DNA of 64,000 bases from Lama glama (taxonomy: Eukaryota). The stretch lies in the NCBI GenBank assembly GCA_028534125.1, contig CM052816.1, forward strand, positions 97,714,001 through 97,778,000, read 5' to 3'. Made by a program: the position numbers and the translations under genes. The notes beneath the pieces were generated by a model, which made no database searches, had not been told where the DNA came from, and saw nothing but the letters and a program-made list of their open reading frames with translations. Every line of letters starts with the position of its first letter. Within the stretch, counting starts at the first letter, position 1. Positions 11,191 to 24,099 of the stretch are shown here, piece by piece.

Positions 11191-14100
11191 AAATGTGCCT
11201 CTTTCTATTCAGTGAAGGTTTTAAGGGACGACTACCTTATGCCTTAAGTCCTACAATAGAAAGGTATTGTTTTTGTTTGAGTTTGTTTTGTTAACCTCAA
11301 AAGATCCGCTTATCATTTTTCTGAGAGGCAGTCCTGATGCAGCCTGGCCTATTCTGCATGTGGGTCTATAAGTAAGAATGTTTCAAAAAAAAAAAATCCA
11401 GCCTAATTCAGTGACTGAATTCTTACTTCTCCCTAGAGGGTTTCTAAGATAAAGGGTAATGGAGTGAAATACTCACTACATTTTTGTTGTTCCCTCCACC
11501 TCGATAATCAGGGCACCATCTGTTACTCACGCTGAGGAACCAAGTACCATGTGGGGACGCAGAGCCTGGGCCCGTCCTTGGAACAAGCCCCTGATTGACG
11601 GAGACCTGACAGGGCCCGTGCACGTGGCAGCCCTCCGCCCTGTCTCCTCGGCCTGCAAGTGCATTGGCTCAGCAGAAGTGGAGATACTGTTAGATCATCT
11701 GAAACAACAATTTCATTCTATCAATGTCAAGGTTTCAGTGTCTCTACAGGACAGTGGGCTCCAGCTCTAAACTGCCCTCCTCTGCTAACTCAAGAGCCCA
11801 GTGTTTGCTGAGATTTCAGTGATCGAGACACATTACTGGGAGAGTTTTGTTGACTTTCATTTCAATCACAGTAGGTGTCAAAAAATTGCTTTCCATGGCA
11901 GACAGTTATTTTTGTCTCTAAACACTGCAATTTTGTTACAAAGAACTTCCAGGGTTATGAACTTTGTTCTAATCTGTTTTGTGCAAAAGAGCTGATAACA
12001 CATTGCTTGTTTCCTATAATGCTGAAACTGCTTGCTCAGTGCTATGGAAATTTTTAAATTATTTGTCGCCTAGTGTTTGAAAGCACTGGGAGTTTTCTTT
12101 CTCATTTTCTCTAAGCTCAAATGTCTACTTTAAAATTACAAGACTCTGTGGGATTCCCTGGAGACTCAGCTCAGTCGTTTGCTTTCCTAACCATCATCAG
12201 TGACCAGCAGTCATTAAGCACGTTCCCCAGTGAGAGCTGAGCTGCGCTCTGGGCATCCAGGTGGAGGGGCTCAGCTGCCACCACTGAGGACACAACCATC
12301 CAGGTGATAACCTGGGGGGCAAAAAACAGTTTTGTGTTAAAAAGAGCATAACCCTGTGTCTAGGATCTACCAAATGAACCTAAGGAAAGACATTCTGTAA
12401 TCTAACTTGCTCTCTGTCTTTGGAAGTGTAAACGAGCTTATTTCTGGAGTTTCAAATTCTTAACTTCAAGCAAGATGTACTTTTTGAGAAGATGTCATTT
12501 TGTTATTGAAACCAGGACAAGATCTGAATTTAGTATAAACTCCTTGAAGGTAGAAATGCCAGAGGTGAGAGACAAAGGGGAGAGAGAGCGAGCGTGCTGG
12601 TCAAGGAGAGTCCATCCATGAAGACAGCCCGCCTTCTAAGTCCCTTGCCTTTTGTCCTCCAGATCTCTACATCAGAAGGGTCTTATGTTTCTCCCACTTG
12701 GAGGGAAGTCTTCACCTAAATCATGAGTTCTGCGAATCTTAGTTTCTGTTCATTGTGGGCTTGCCGAGGGCAAATGGACCTTAAAGGATGAGTGAGAGAG
12801 AAGAAAAACAGGCAAATCTATCAAGATGAACCAAATTGCTGCCATTCTTCTCGGTCTTCAGTTGTCCCGTCTCTACAATCTGCGATCTCCCTAGAGACAA
12901 CAACATTATCGCAGACTTCTTGTGGTACTGTCTAGGCATCCACGGATACCACATGTGCACACTGCATCGAATTCATTAAAGCAAGCTATAATCTAAAATT
13001 AAGCCTTCTCCAAAACTTCAGGGTTTGCTATTCTAAAAGCTTATCTGAAATCTTCCATGAAATGAATTTACTTTGCTCACTCAAAACTTGCAGCCAAATC
13101 AGCTTCCTTATTCAAGACAGTGGCAGCCAGGCACGTTGGGAGAGAAGTTTTGCAAATGGATAGGCGATGGATTCATATTTCCCCATAATATATTCATCAT
13201 AAGACTGGATGAACCAATTTGAGAAGCCATAGCTCTGTCCAAGAATGCGAGCCAACAGCACTTTCTGGAAGTGCTGACTCTATTAATCTGGAAAGGGAGA
13301 GCCTGCTTCCCCTAGAAGGGATGAAAGCGAACAGCCAGGGCTGGGGAAGCAGAGTCCGCTTGGATGCAGCTGCGCAAGGCAGACAGCATTGCCTAGTCAT
13401 GCTCTGTCCAGCAGCTCATCTGCTGAAAACCAGCTGAACCAGCCTGCCATCTAACTTCCTCAAGAGGAGGCTCCAAGAGCCACAATGAAACACCAGGTAC
13501 CACCACCTCTGGGAAACAGCCTCTATTCCCAGACCAAGAGCGAGAATCGAGTAGCCATTGTCCTGCTTCCAACGGGAAAAGAAAGCAAGCTTAGGGTTAG
13601 AGCTGTCTTCTCAGCCACCACGGGCAAGAACGCCATGAGAGAGATCTGTCAGGAGGAGCATGGGAACCAAATTTTGGAAAGTCAAGTTTCTGGGCTCTTT
13701 CAGTTCAGACTGCGTATACAATGGCCCTTCTCAGTCAGTGTCAATGAAAAGAATTGAGTAGTTTCCCTGCTGATATAATATGAATGAATTTAAAACTTAC
13801 AATTTGTAAGATAGTTTCCACATTCATTTTCCTCATATACTATTTCATTAGTTCCCAAAGCGGCCCTGTGTGAGAATAGCCAGAGGAAACACTAGCAAGT
13901 CAACTCAGCCATCAGGTTACGGGAGCGCCCAAGACAATCAAGGGGCTAATGCAGTGGAGGGAAGACTGTCTCCATAACCCGCCTGGCCATGTCCAGAGGG
14001 TGGCGACACTGAGCATCAGGCGTCCCGAGACCTTGCAGAAGCAGACCTCAAGCAGCGCTGCACGGATGGCATTCCTGCTCTGGTCTCTGAATTTTGCTGT

Positions 14101-15384
14101 TCAATTGTCTGGGTTGGCTTAGAGAAATAGCTCCTGGCAACATGGCCTTAAAACAAAGAATAGTGATCTTTTGACAAGGGCCGTCTTCTTTTTGGACTGT
14201 AGCAAGAGTCACGGAGTTGATTAGTGGCTGAGGGGCAATGCAGGTCACCAAGATGACAAAACACCTAGTGTTCAGCACTAAATATTGCCAGGACCCCTGC
14301 CAGAAGCTGGCCTAGACTGCAGCTGAATTCCGAAAAGTAAGACAGAAACTCATCAAGAGCTCCTAGAACTGGGGCTGATCACTCTCCTGGTGTAGGAGAA
14401 GACCTGGAGGTGGCATTCAGTTCCGCTGGGTGGGGCTAGGTGGGTGCGCGGATGCAGATACGAAGGAGAGGTCCTGCCCAGTCAGCAAACACAGTTTCCA
14501 CTGTGAATGGCAACGGCAGATCAGAATCCAGGCAGGCATGCCCTGGCACACAGCTTCCAGGCCCACTCTGATCATGGTCTTTCAGGCACTGCTCTGGGAC
14601 ACGTCTGCTCTCCAAAGCTGCCCCACTCTGTATGTCCCCCATTCTGTCAAGTTACTACTGATCTCGTATTCACAAACTCACATAGTCAAAATAGCTTGGC
14701 ACATGAGTTGGAGACTTACCACGTATATATGGAAGCTGCCAGTGCCAATATCACTTAGTGTTGAACGTTTCCTTTGTGTGAACACTGTTTTCCTAAGTAT
14801 TTACATAACGTTATATGTAATCTAATGAGACATTCCTTGTAAATTCGTGGTCAATACTGACATTATGCTTAGACAGCAGTGTCTTTACAAAGTTATCTTA
14901 GAAATCAGTTCTATGTTAATAGAAAATGTAGCCATCAGGCATTTTTAGAGCTAGACTGATTTACATGGAATGTTCTAATTTTGCTATTCGTATCAACCTC
15001 TTAAACATATCCGTATATGAGTTTGCACTTCCCAAGAGACACGGTTCTTAAAACATATTTATCATCTTCTTAAGTTTCCTGTGAATTTCTCTATATACTG
15101 ATTGGTTATTTGAGTAAAGACCAGGGATGCATCTGGCCATCTGGCCATCACAGTGCTTCCCAAAGTTTTTTATTGTTTTAATTTCATGGCACCCATAGAA
15201 AATTATACTTGCCCATCCCATTAGCATAAATATTGAGTCTGGTGAAAGCAAGAGCTGGCAGGCCTGGGCTCCAGAAGCTCCAAAGACCAAGGGGACATCA
15301 GAGTCGTTCCCAGCATGAAAGCTGGGAAGGTCTGTTTAGGTATGATGTCTGCTGGTCATCCACTCGCTGAGAGAAACAAGGACC

Positions 15385-15820
15385 CATCCAGCCCTGCTCC
15401 AGGTGCTGTGAAGGACACAGAAGCATCATGAAAGTGAGGGCCATCCTTAAAGAGCTCACAGTATCACTGGGGACACTGGAAGGATCACAGCCAGATGAAA
15501 TGAATGAGTGAGTGAAATGGATTAAAATAATCAGAGCAAAACACACAGCACAGATCAGAGTAAAAGTGTGTTAAACAGCAGATAACGTATCGGTGATGCT
15601 GTAATGATTCGGAGGTCAGAAGTAGGGCTGGGTAAGGAAGGCTACAGTGAAGGAAGTGGGACTTGAGCAAAATCTGAGGATGAGCAGAATTTGGGCAAAT
15701 AAAGGCAGGAGGGTTCTAGGTGAAGATAACAGCATCCATAAACATGTGAGCAGTGGAGTGGCCCTGCCTTCTTTGTGGCATGGAGAAGAGATATCTTGCT
15801 AGATATGTGATGAGGCTGTG
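15385..15820 (-). mobile_element. L2 fragment
   Basis: ccagccctgctccaggtgctg...catccttaaagagctcacagt and following L2-type purine-rich blocks. Confidence 0.6.
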
Positions 15821-16367
15821 TTTGTGAAACTCCCCTGCAAATTATAAATTGTCTGTTAACATAATGTGCTATGAGGAGCGTTTTTATTACAGTGTCAAAG
15901 GCAACAAGAGATTGTGGAAATTGGCATTAGCTTGAGAAGGGCTCTCATCCGGTCTTTTCCCTGTGCCAGGTATATGTTTGTGCAGAAGTTGTTTAGATCA
16001 CCACAGCATCAGTTTCCTTGGGTAGATAAGGTTCTCAAGAGAATCGGAGCCCTTGTGTGTGGTTCTTCTCCACAGTGCTGGGCGATGCTCTTTGTTGGTG
16101 TCCAGCACCGGTGCCTCCATTTGCATCATTGCTGTGTATTTTGTCTTCTACCCTGTGAGGCTGGGGTTCCAAGTTCTCAAGGCAGGATTTGAAGGGAAGA
16201 ACCACTCAGAATCTCTGGATTCCATCTGCTCCCAACTGTCCTAACTGATTTCATTATCCTTCCCGTCGGGTCAACATGCAGTTAGAATGACTCATCTACA
16301 GTCAGAACTGAACCAGGTGGTCAGCTTCCCATCTTACCTTGGTCCATGCAGAGTGTCCGAAAAGCGT

Positions 16368-16512
16368 GCTTCTGAAATTCGGAGGTGATCAGCATCACTA
16401 GGGTTCTTGTCGTATGTTCAGCATCCTGGGTCCTCCTCAGGACATTCTGATCCAGTGGGTCTGGAATGAGTTCCTCCAGGTCACATTTATGCTTGGAGGC
16501 TTGAGAAAATTA
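16368..16512. mobile_element. MER5-like hAT-Charlie MITE remnant
   Basis: atcagcatcactaggg...cattctgatccagtgggtctgg...ggcttgagaa pattern. Confidence 0.55.
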
Positions 16513-18454
16513 CCCCAAGACCAGTGATATCCTCACTACATCACAGAAATAAAAGGTCTGAATAAATTAGAGCTGGCCTCATATAACATACCCATGGGAT
16601 TCGTGAAGGAATGGAGACGCTCTCTGTACAACTTTCCTGATTGGGAATGCAGAAGACAGAAGACTACCTTGACTTAGCAAAAATTTCTAGAATGTAAGGG
16701 CTACCTTTTGTCCCAAAATGCATTTCTTTCCTGTGACATTTAACATAATAAGACATATATAATTTTTTTAAATTTTGATCAGTTTTACTTCAATAAAGAT
16801 GAGGGGAAACCTTTAAAAATCTCAAATCAGAACTAAAAAAAAAGCTTTAAAAAAATCAGAATGAACTTTAAGTATTTTAGGAGAAGCCCATTGAAAATCT
16901 TGGGGAAATGCTGATTTTCATAACTTACTGAACCCATTTAATTTTATTTTATTTCATATGTTGAGTTTCCTCAAAGCATGATTCACTTGAATGTTTAAAT
17001 AAAATGTTTATTATTTTTTTAATACAGTGTGAATTCTTCCTCAAATTTAGTACCAAGAAAAAGCCTGTGCCTTCTGACAAAACAGTCAGCTCCTGAAGGG
17101 GCTCCACTCCTAATGCTCTGTAAATCCGCGGGCGTAACACACTAACCGTAAGCTCGCAGAGATAGCTGACGTATCCTTTACAGCACATGGAACCGACAGC
17201 TGAAATACCTATGAAAGAAGGGTGATGAGCTCATTCACACACGTGGCTGTTCACTCCTGAGTTGTGTCACATCCATAGTTTTGACCAAGTTCCACCCCGT
17301 CTTCACGTGCTCTGAACAGTTGTTCGGTCTTAATACACATCCAAAAGCAGCATCACCCTATTGGAACGAGGGGGGACTTTATCTACCTCACAAATAATTC
17401 AATACAAGATTTACAAACAGACTCAGAATTCTGGCTGAATTCGCCATAGCCTAACCTCTCACTTTAGAGGGTGAAGCCGCAAGCCAGAGAAGTTAGGGAT
17501 TTGTCCTTGGTGTGGTTGAAGATGAGACCGCGGGGCCTGGGGCAGGGGCCCCATCACAGAGGTGACCCTGGGGTACCTGCCGCCCAGAGGAGCCCAGGCC
17601 AGCACCCACCAACTCTGAGCGCCATCCTTAGGGCCTGGTACCCAGCAGGACCCCAGTGAGCACTTGTTATGTTGGGGTGAATTCAATCACTTTTAGCAAA
17701 ATCATTAAAAAGTCTGAGAAAAAATAAACCACAAAGAATGAAATTCACTCTCTAGGAAAGAGCATTTCTACTGGCATTTCAGAAAGTAGAACCCACGGAG
17801 TCGACGGCGAAGTGGCTTTTGTTCCGGAAAAGACAAGGGAGGAGGAGGCAGCATCTTGTCAGCTCAAGCTCTGCAGATGTTGGATAATTTGGGATCTCAG
17901 TTATTCACAGAGAAAACAAAGTATGGCCTCATTACAGTCAATAAGGGGTTACATGAGGCCGGCAGCTGATGCGTGCATAGTAAACACATACACGTGCAGA
18001 ACGTGTACATAAATATGCAGATCCATGCCAAAAATAACAACTGAACACTCTTCCCCCATTTCTCCGTGCCTCAGAGGAGAGGTGGGTGATCCCTGCCCCG
18101 ACAAAGCTACTGTCCAGGAGAGCAGGGGGCACAGAAGCACCCGGAGCGGTCATCACATAGAAGTAGGAATGCTCCTTGTAACCAATCTTAGCCCAGCGTG
18201 ATCAGCAAAAAAGACTGTATAATGCATATACCCAGAGGGAACGTTCAGTGTGGGGACCAGGGAAGCGGTCTGGTGTTTATTCACAGTCAGAGCTCTCTAG
18301 GAGAGCCCGCCAGGGTCCCCACGTGCAGATGCAGCTACCTTGGCCAGGATCCCAGCATTCCAGAAGACCCACCACGCACCCTGTGCCCTGACTCACGGGC
18401 CCTCCAAAACCCACTTTTGTGCAGCTCAAAGCTGCAGGGAACACAGGTGTGGGG

Positions 18455-18652
18455 ACGAGCTCAGGTTTGAATTCTTTCTCAGTTCCTCACTAGCTGCATG
18501 GCCTTGAGCAGGCTAGTGAATGTTTCAGTTTCCTGATGGGGGAAGTGATGCGTGTGCCTTTTAGGATCACGGTGAGTTGGAAAGGAGCAGATGCATGCTC
18601 AGCGCTGGGCACACGTTACGAATGACATAGATGGAGGTCGCTATTATTATTA
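18455..18652 (+). mobile_element. MIR SINE
   Basis: ggtttgaatt...cactagctgcatggccttgagcagg...tcagtttcct... ending in ctattattatt. Confidence 0.75.
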
Positions 18653-19937
18653 CTCAAATTCGTATCTCTTTGGAAATAAAGTACAGCATTGAGGATGGTG
18701 GAGGAAAGGAAGACACTCAGCTACTACATTCTTCACACCATGCATCCCCATATTTAGCCCCCTGCTTCCTTACTGGCTTCCTCATTTCTCCACCACCCTG
18801 CCTTCCTGGGAGGCTGCGTCTTTTCCATCATTACATCCCTAACAGTGAAGCCAAATTAAAGAATTGTTGAATTAATGGCTTTTCTCTGTCCTTGTCTGAT
18901 CTTTCTTTCAATGCTCTCTGTCTTCTCAGGAAAAATGTTAGAGGGAAAAAAAAAAAACAGAGATGAAAAACTCCAGAGAAAAATGCAAGCCTGGCTTACA
19001 GTCTCCTGGAGATAAAGCCTGTAAGTGCCACCATAGTTCTCCCAAATCATGTCCGTGAATGTGAGCCCAGCAATAAAGCAGAGGGGACAACTGAAAGGAA
19101 GACCCCACATTGCTCATTTCCCAAAGAAATGAAACCCCTTTGGAGTGAGTTTCCCAGTTCTGATGGCCTGGATGTTAACCTTTGTCACTGTTGTGAGGAC
19201 AAAGCCACACGGCTGAGTGTCTCCATTTCCTGCAGAGGTCTTCAGTTGGAAGTGACTGATCTGCACGCAACACCGTGAGGTACAAAGCTGTACCCACTGT
19301 GCCGGCAAAGGACAGAATCCAATCAGCTGTGACTTGCCCCATCAGGCATCTGGTAAGTGAAAGAGGTAAGATTCAAATCTTCCACATGCGAATCCAGGGC
19401 TCCCCCCAAAACCCCAGCCCCGCAGACACCCAGACCCACGGCCCTAGCTGGTATCTATCTACCGGCTCCCCTGGCTTTGCACGCCTGCGCCTCGGAGCCC
19501 GCAGTGCTCCTCACACCTTGCTGACCACCTGCCCGCATGCATCCTGCTCTCCGGCTGCTGGCTGCCAGGCCTGCAATTTAAGTTACAAGTGGGGTGGAGG
19601 TGTTAACGGGCATCCTCTGAAGTCAAATATCAGATCTCAGACAACTGATTAAGGGGAGTATTTTAAAATTATGTGAGAACAGGGGCAGGTATAGCTCAAT
19701 TTTTCTCTTTCCTGCCTCCCCTTCTTTCACTTCTCTCTCCCCTTGTCTCTAGAACTAGCGGATGACTTCTTCCTGAAGAGCATCTTGTCAGTCAAATAAC
19801 TCAGAGAGCAGGAAGGGAAATGCTGAACTGTGCTGTGTTTTCCCTCCGGTGCCTTAGACTGAGGGACCTTGCGCCTGGCAGCCCTTTCCTAATTATTGCG
19901 TCACAGAAGGAGCCCTAAATAGGAATGTATCTTGTAT

Positions 19938-20043
19938 CAGAAAGAAGGAAGGAAGGGAGGGAAGGAGGGAGGGAGGAAGGAAATAAGGAAAGAAAAGGGA
20001 AGCGGAAGAGAACGAAAGAAAGAAGGGAAAAATGAAAAGGAAA
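19938..20043. repeat. GA-rich polypurine low-complexity tract
   Basis: (GGAA/GGGA)n-like run, almost all purines on the + strand. Confidence 0.9.
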
Positions 20044-20063
20044 CCCCATTTGTGGCCTGGGAA

Positions 20064-20200
20064 TTTTTTTTTTTTTGCAGGATGGTGGAGGGAGGTCATT
20101 AAGTTTATTTATTAATTTTTTTGCTGGAGGTACTGGGGATTGAACCCACGACCTCATGCATGCTAAGCACACACTCTACCCCTGAGCTATACCCGCCCCC
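20064..20200 (-). mobile_element. Camelid tRNA-derived SINE (Vic-1 type)
   Basis: Reverse strand reads gggggcgggtatagctcaggggtagagtgtgtgcttagcatgcatgaggtcgtgggttcaatccccagtacctcc (A and B boxes) with an A-tail. Imperfect TSD gcctgggaa (20055-20063) / gcttaggaa (20201-20209). Confidence 0.92.
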
Positions 20201-21599
20201 GCTTAGGAAAGACTTTTGTTTTGCTCTTACACTATTTCCAACACATGGTTAAGAAACTGAAAACAAACAAACAACAGGAGACCCCGGAGCATGGCCAGCA
20301 CCCAACAAGAGCAGTCTCCCTGGGGCACTTGGACTCAAGTTTGTGCTTTTCCCATGTGTTTCCTGCTTGGTGTGCAGCAGTGCCTGGTACGTGAGGGCTG
20401 CAGCCAATGTCTGTTAAGTGAATAAACACCTTCCACAACACTACCATCTTACACAAATTCTTTCAAGAAAGGAGGGAGGGAAATCTCCGTAGTCCTTTAA
20501 ACACTTCTTGTAGCTAGCTCATCTTCATCTGCCCCGTCTATAGACGCCAACGAGCACAGTTGGAACAAATAGGTTAATAAAACCGGGCCAGATGGCCAGC
20601 CATTAATTTTGTTGCTTCTCTGCAGCCGTTACAGATTTATCTTTCAAAGTCTTACACTAATCAGAGTGTAAATTCCCCTGAAGCCATTTGGTGTCTTGGC
20701 AAATAAGCCAGACCCATGAATTTCTAAGAATATTGCACCCGCATTAGTCCCTATAGACTTCCCCTCAGCCTGCTAGTGACTGTGGAAAACCAGCTGTCTT
20801 GAAAATGCCATCCTAAAACCAAGAATTTAGGGTTATACTTTGATGCTGTATTCCTTTGGTAATTTTTACTTATCTCACTTGAAATGTGTGACCATTAGAA
20901 TAATGCTTCAGTTGCCTTTGAACCCTTTGTGAAAAGGAAAAAAAGGAGCTTCCGGCCCAGCTGGTGTGGTAAGTGTGTGCACCAAATCTCCCATCACCCC
21001 GCCGCCGTCATCACCAAACGTGCAAGAATGACGGAGAACACACAATCAAGATGATTAGAATACAACCCAGCACAGAAGTAGGACAAACGTCTTTGTCATC
21101 AGAAAAGGAGGAGGAACACAAAGGGGAAATCACGGCCGATCTTCACCAGCTGTTCTCCAGCCCTGGGGCCAGAGTGGGGCTCCCGGGAGACTGAGTCCGT
21201 TAGGCAGCTGGGGATGAGAGCCAAGCTCCCAGTTTGAGCTGGCTTGGGTCAAGTCTCCTTCCCATGAAGCGAGGACAGAAATAGCACAAAGCTGCTAGGG
21301 CTGATGTGAGCTGCTTGTCTTTAAAAAGGCGAGAGGAAGACCCAGCCTAGCAAGGAGAGCCCGAGTCTCAGCAAGCAGGGATGCTCCGTGACTGCGTCAA
21401 GGACACCCGAAGCGGCAGCAGGGCAGCACTCATCCTGCACTGTGAGCGCAGGGAGACCATGTGAAAGCTACCACGGAGTGACTAGACAGGGCAGGTGAGG
21501 GGAGGGGAGAGGGAGCCGAGGGGAGGGAAAGAGGGAGAGAGTGAAAAAAAGATGAGCGTACAAGTCAAAAGTGAGAAGCACGAATGCCGAGAGTGACGC

Positions 21600-22760
21600 C
21601 CAGCAGGATCCGCCACCGTGAAATGAAACGACCCTGGATGAAGTAGAAATAATTTAAAAATATGAAAAGTGGCCTTAAAGTAAGGATTTTTTTTTTAATA
21701 ATCAGAGGTTAAATAGAAAACAGCATTTATGAGAAGAAAATAGACATTCTGAAACAAAAACAGAGTAGTGGCTATGAAAAAGAGTCTCTGGAAATTAAAG
21801 CAAAATGGTTTGTGAATTAGAAAACACCCAATAAAGAGAACGAACACTTAAACAACAAATTTTTAACAACTAAAGAATTAGAAAATATTTTTGAAATTTA
21901 TCTATCATGTACAAGACAGAGACAAACAAGATAAAATACAAGAAAGACTGGGAAAATCTCTCCACACATCATTGTGAACATGTAAAATATGATTGATATT
22001 AAGCAATAAATCGTAAAAGCTACCAGACTGAAAATACTGATTACCTACAAAGAAACCAGCAATTAGTTTGAAAGCTAATACTTCGTCAATGCATTAATGA
22101 CAATGGATGACAATGGATGCCAGCAGATGACGGTGTCTTCTCGAAATGCAGGGAGAGGTAACAGTAGGTGAGAAGCTACCATTCTAAAGTGAAAGGAGAC
22201 TTAAAGACAGTTTCAGAATACAAAAATAAGAGCGTTTACTGCAACCCCTTGACCACTTCTACATAATAGTCTGTAATTGAGGAACAGAAAAATAAACCTG
22301 GGGAGACTAACGGTATTCAAGAAACAATGATGAGCATAGAACTGATGAAACACATCGTTAATGTAAATGACTGTTGAGCACTTAAAGAATCAGAATGATA
22401 AAATATTGACAAAAACAAGGAAATGAAGGGAGACATAACTGAGGAGGTGGGGAGGGGAGTTAAAGCACACCAAAGTGCTTTCTTTTGAGGAGGAGAACAC
22501 AAACAATAAATTTAGACTTTGTTGGCAAGGTTTATATTTACAGATATATTTTAAAAATTTAAAGAAAACATTGAAGAACAGAAATGTAGGGATTGAAATG
22601 AAGGAATTGAAGGAATAGAAACAGAAACAGCAATCTATAGTTCCCAAACCAGAAGAAAAGCAGGAACCAAAGAAAACTAGGTAAATTAGGCAAAAGATAG
22701 AAACAAAGAAGACAAAAAGCAAGGGAAACAGAAGAAATAAGGGGATACTATTCATAATAG
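21600..22760 (+). mobile_element. Ancient L1ME/HAL1-like ORF1-region remnant
   Basis: Strongly A-biased and degenerate, with ORF1-like motifs (ctctggaaattaaa; cacacatcattgtgaa; attacctacaaagaaac). Confidence 0.55.
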
Positions 22761-24099
22761 GAAGGTCTGAACGAGGACCCTTCCGAAGCAGCCCCTGCAG
22801 CAAAGACGGGGGCATGGTAGTTTTCTGAAGGATGATTCCACAAGCACATGTGAGGTGGGGAAGTGAGAAAACCCACAGAGGTGACTCTGGGCATCTGGGG
22901 CTCTGCCCCATGGAGAGCCTCTGAAGCTGTGGGAGGCTCGCAGCCGGCTGGGTCACCCTGCATGCAGAGGAGACACTGAGGCACCGACCCCATCGGCTAC
23001 TGCTGCCCCTGTGGCTGTTGTTCTCATTTCAGCACCGAGCCTGTCTGTGGCAGAGTAGTTCCCACAGCACCTGAGAAAGCCCTCAAGCCAAAATGAGGGA
23101 TGACACCGACACGTGAGGTGAAGGCAGCAGCCTGCGGGGACATCCCTCTGCTCAGGAGAACCCAGGTGGGGCTGTGGAGAGAGACAGCGACAGCATCTGT
23201 CACAGCATGTGAGACGGGACTGAAACTGCCCACAGGACGGCACATCACCCGGCTGGCTGGAAGACGGCCATGTGCTGCTCACAAGACAGCCCCAACCGAA
23301 GGAAGCAGAAAGTCTCAAACTACTAGGTCAAAAAGCTCAAAAACTAGGTCATGAAAAACATATATTGACGAGAGATCCTCACACTCGTGCATAAAAAATA
23401 TGCAAGAAGGCACTGCTGGAGCAATGGTTGCAACGGCAACAAATAAAGTACCACTATGTTCAGAAAAGGAGAAGAGTTAAATGGAGTGCAGCACAGACAC
23501 ATGAGGGGCGGTCAGAGCCCCCATACCCAGAGTTTAAACATAAAATGGGAAAATCCAGGAGAAACACTGTGACACTCTAATAGTCAATAGGAGGACTTAG
23601 AAATAATAACACTGTACGCACATAGATCATTTATATTTCAATATGCTTCACTAATTTCAACTTATCTTGTAATATAATTCAATATTTTTGAACTCTTAGT
23701 ATTGCTAAACTTTTATGACAGGTTATATTAATGATAAGCTTTTCCTTTACTTGATTTGCTATCAAAAGTTTCTCAATAAGAAACACAATTTTAGACAAAG
23801 ATATTCTCTTTTTTTCAAGTCATATGCACAGAAATGTTCACTGGTTTTACTCATAATTTAAAAACTTAAATACTCTGCATAAGGAAATAATCACACACTT
23901 TCAAAGAATACAGGCATTAAAATGAAGGCTATAAGGGGAAAGTTTATGAAATGCTGTGTACAATGTGATTTTAATTGAATTGAGAGAGAGAGAGAAGTAA
24001 ACACAAAAGTAAAGCAGAAAAGTCAACCTCGAGTGAAGGAGAAGAACTCAAGAAACAAAGATAATAATAGAAATTGAAAAAAATTAGCTGATTAGCCTA

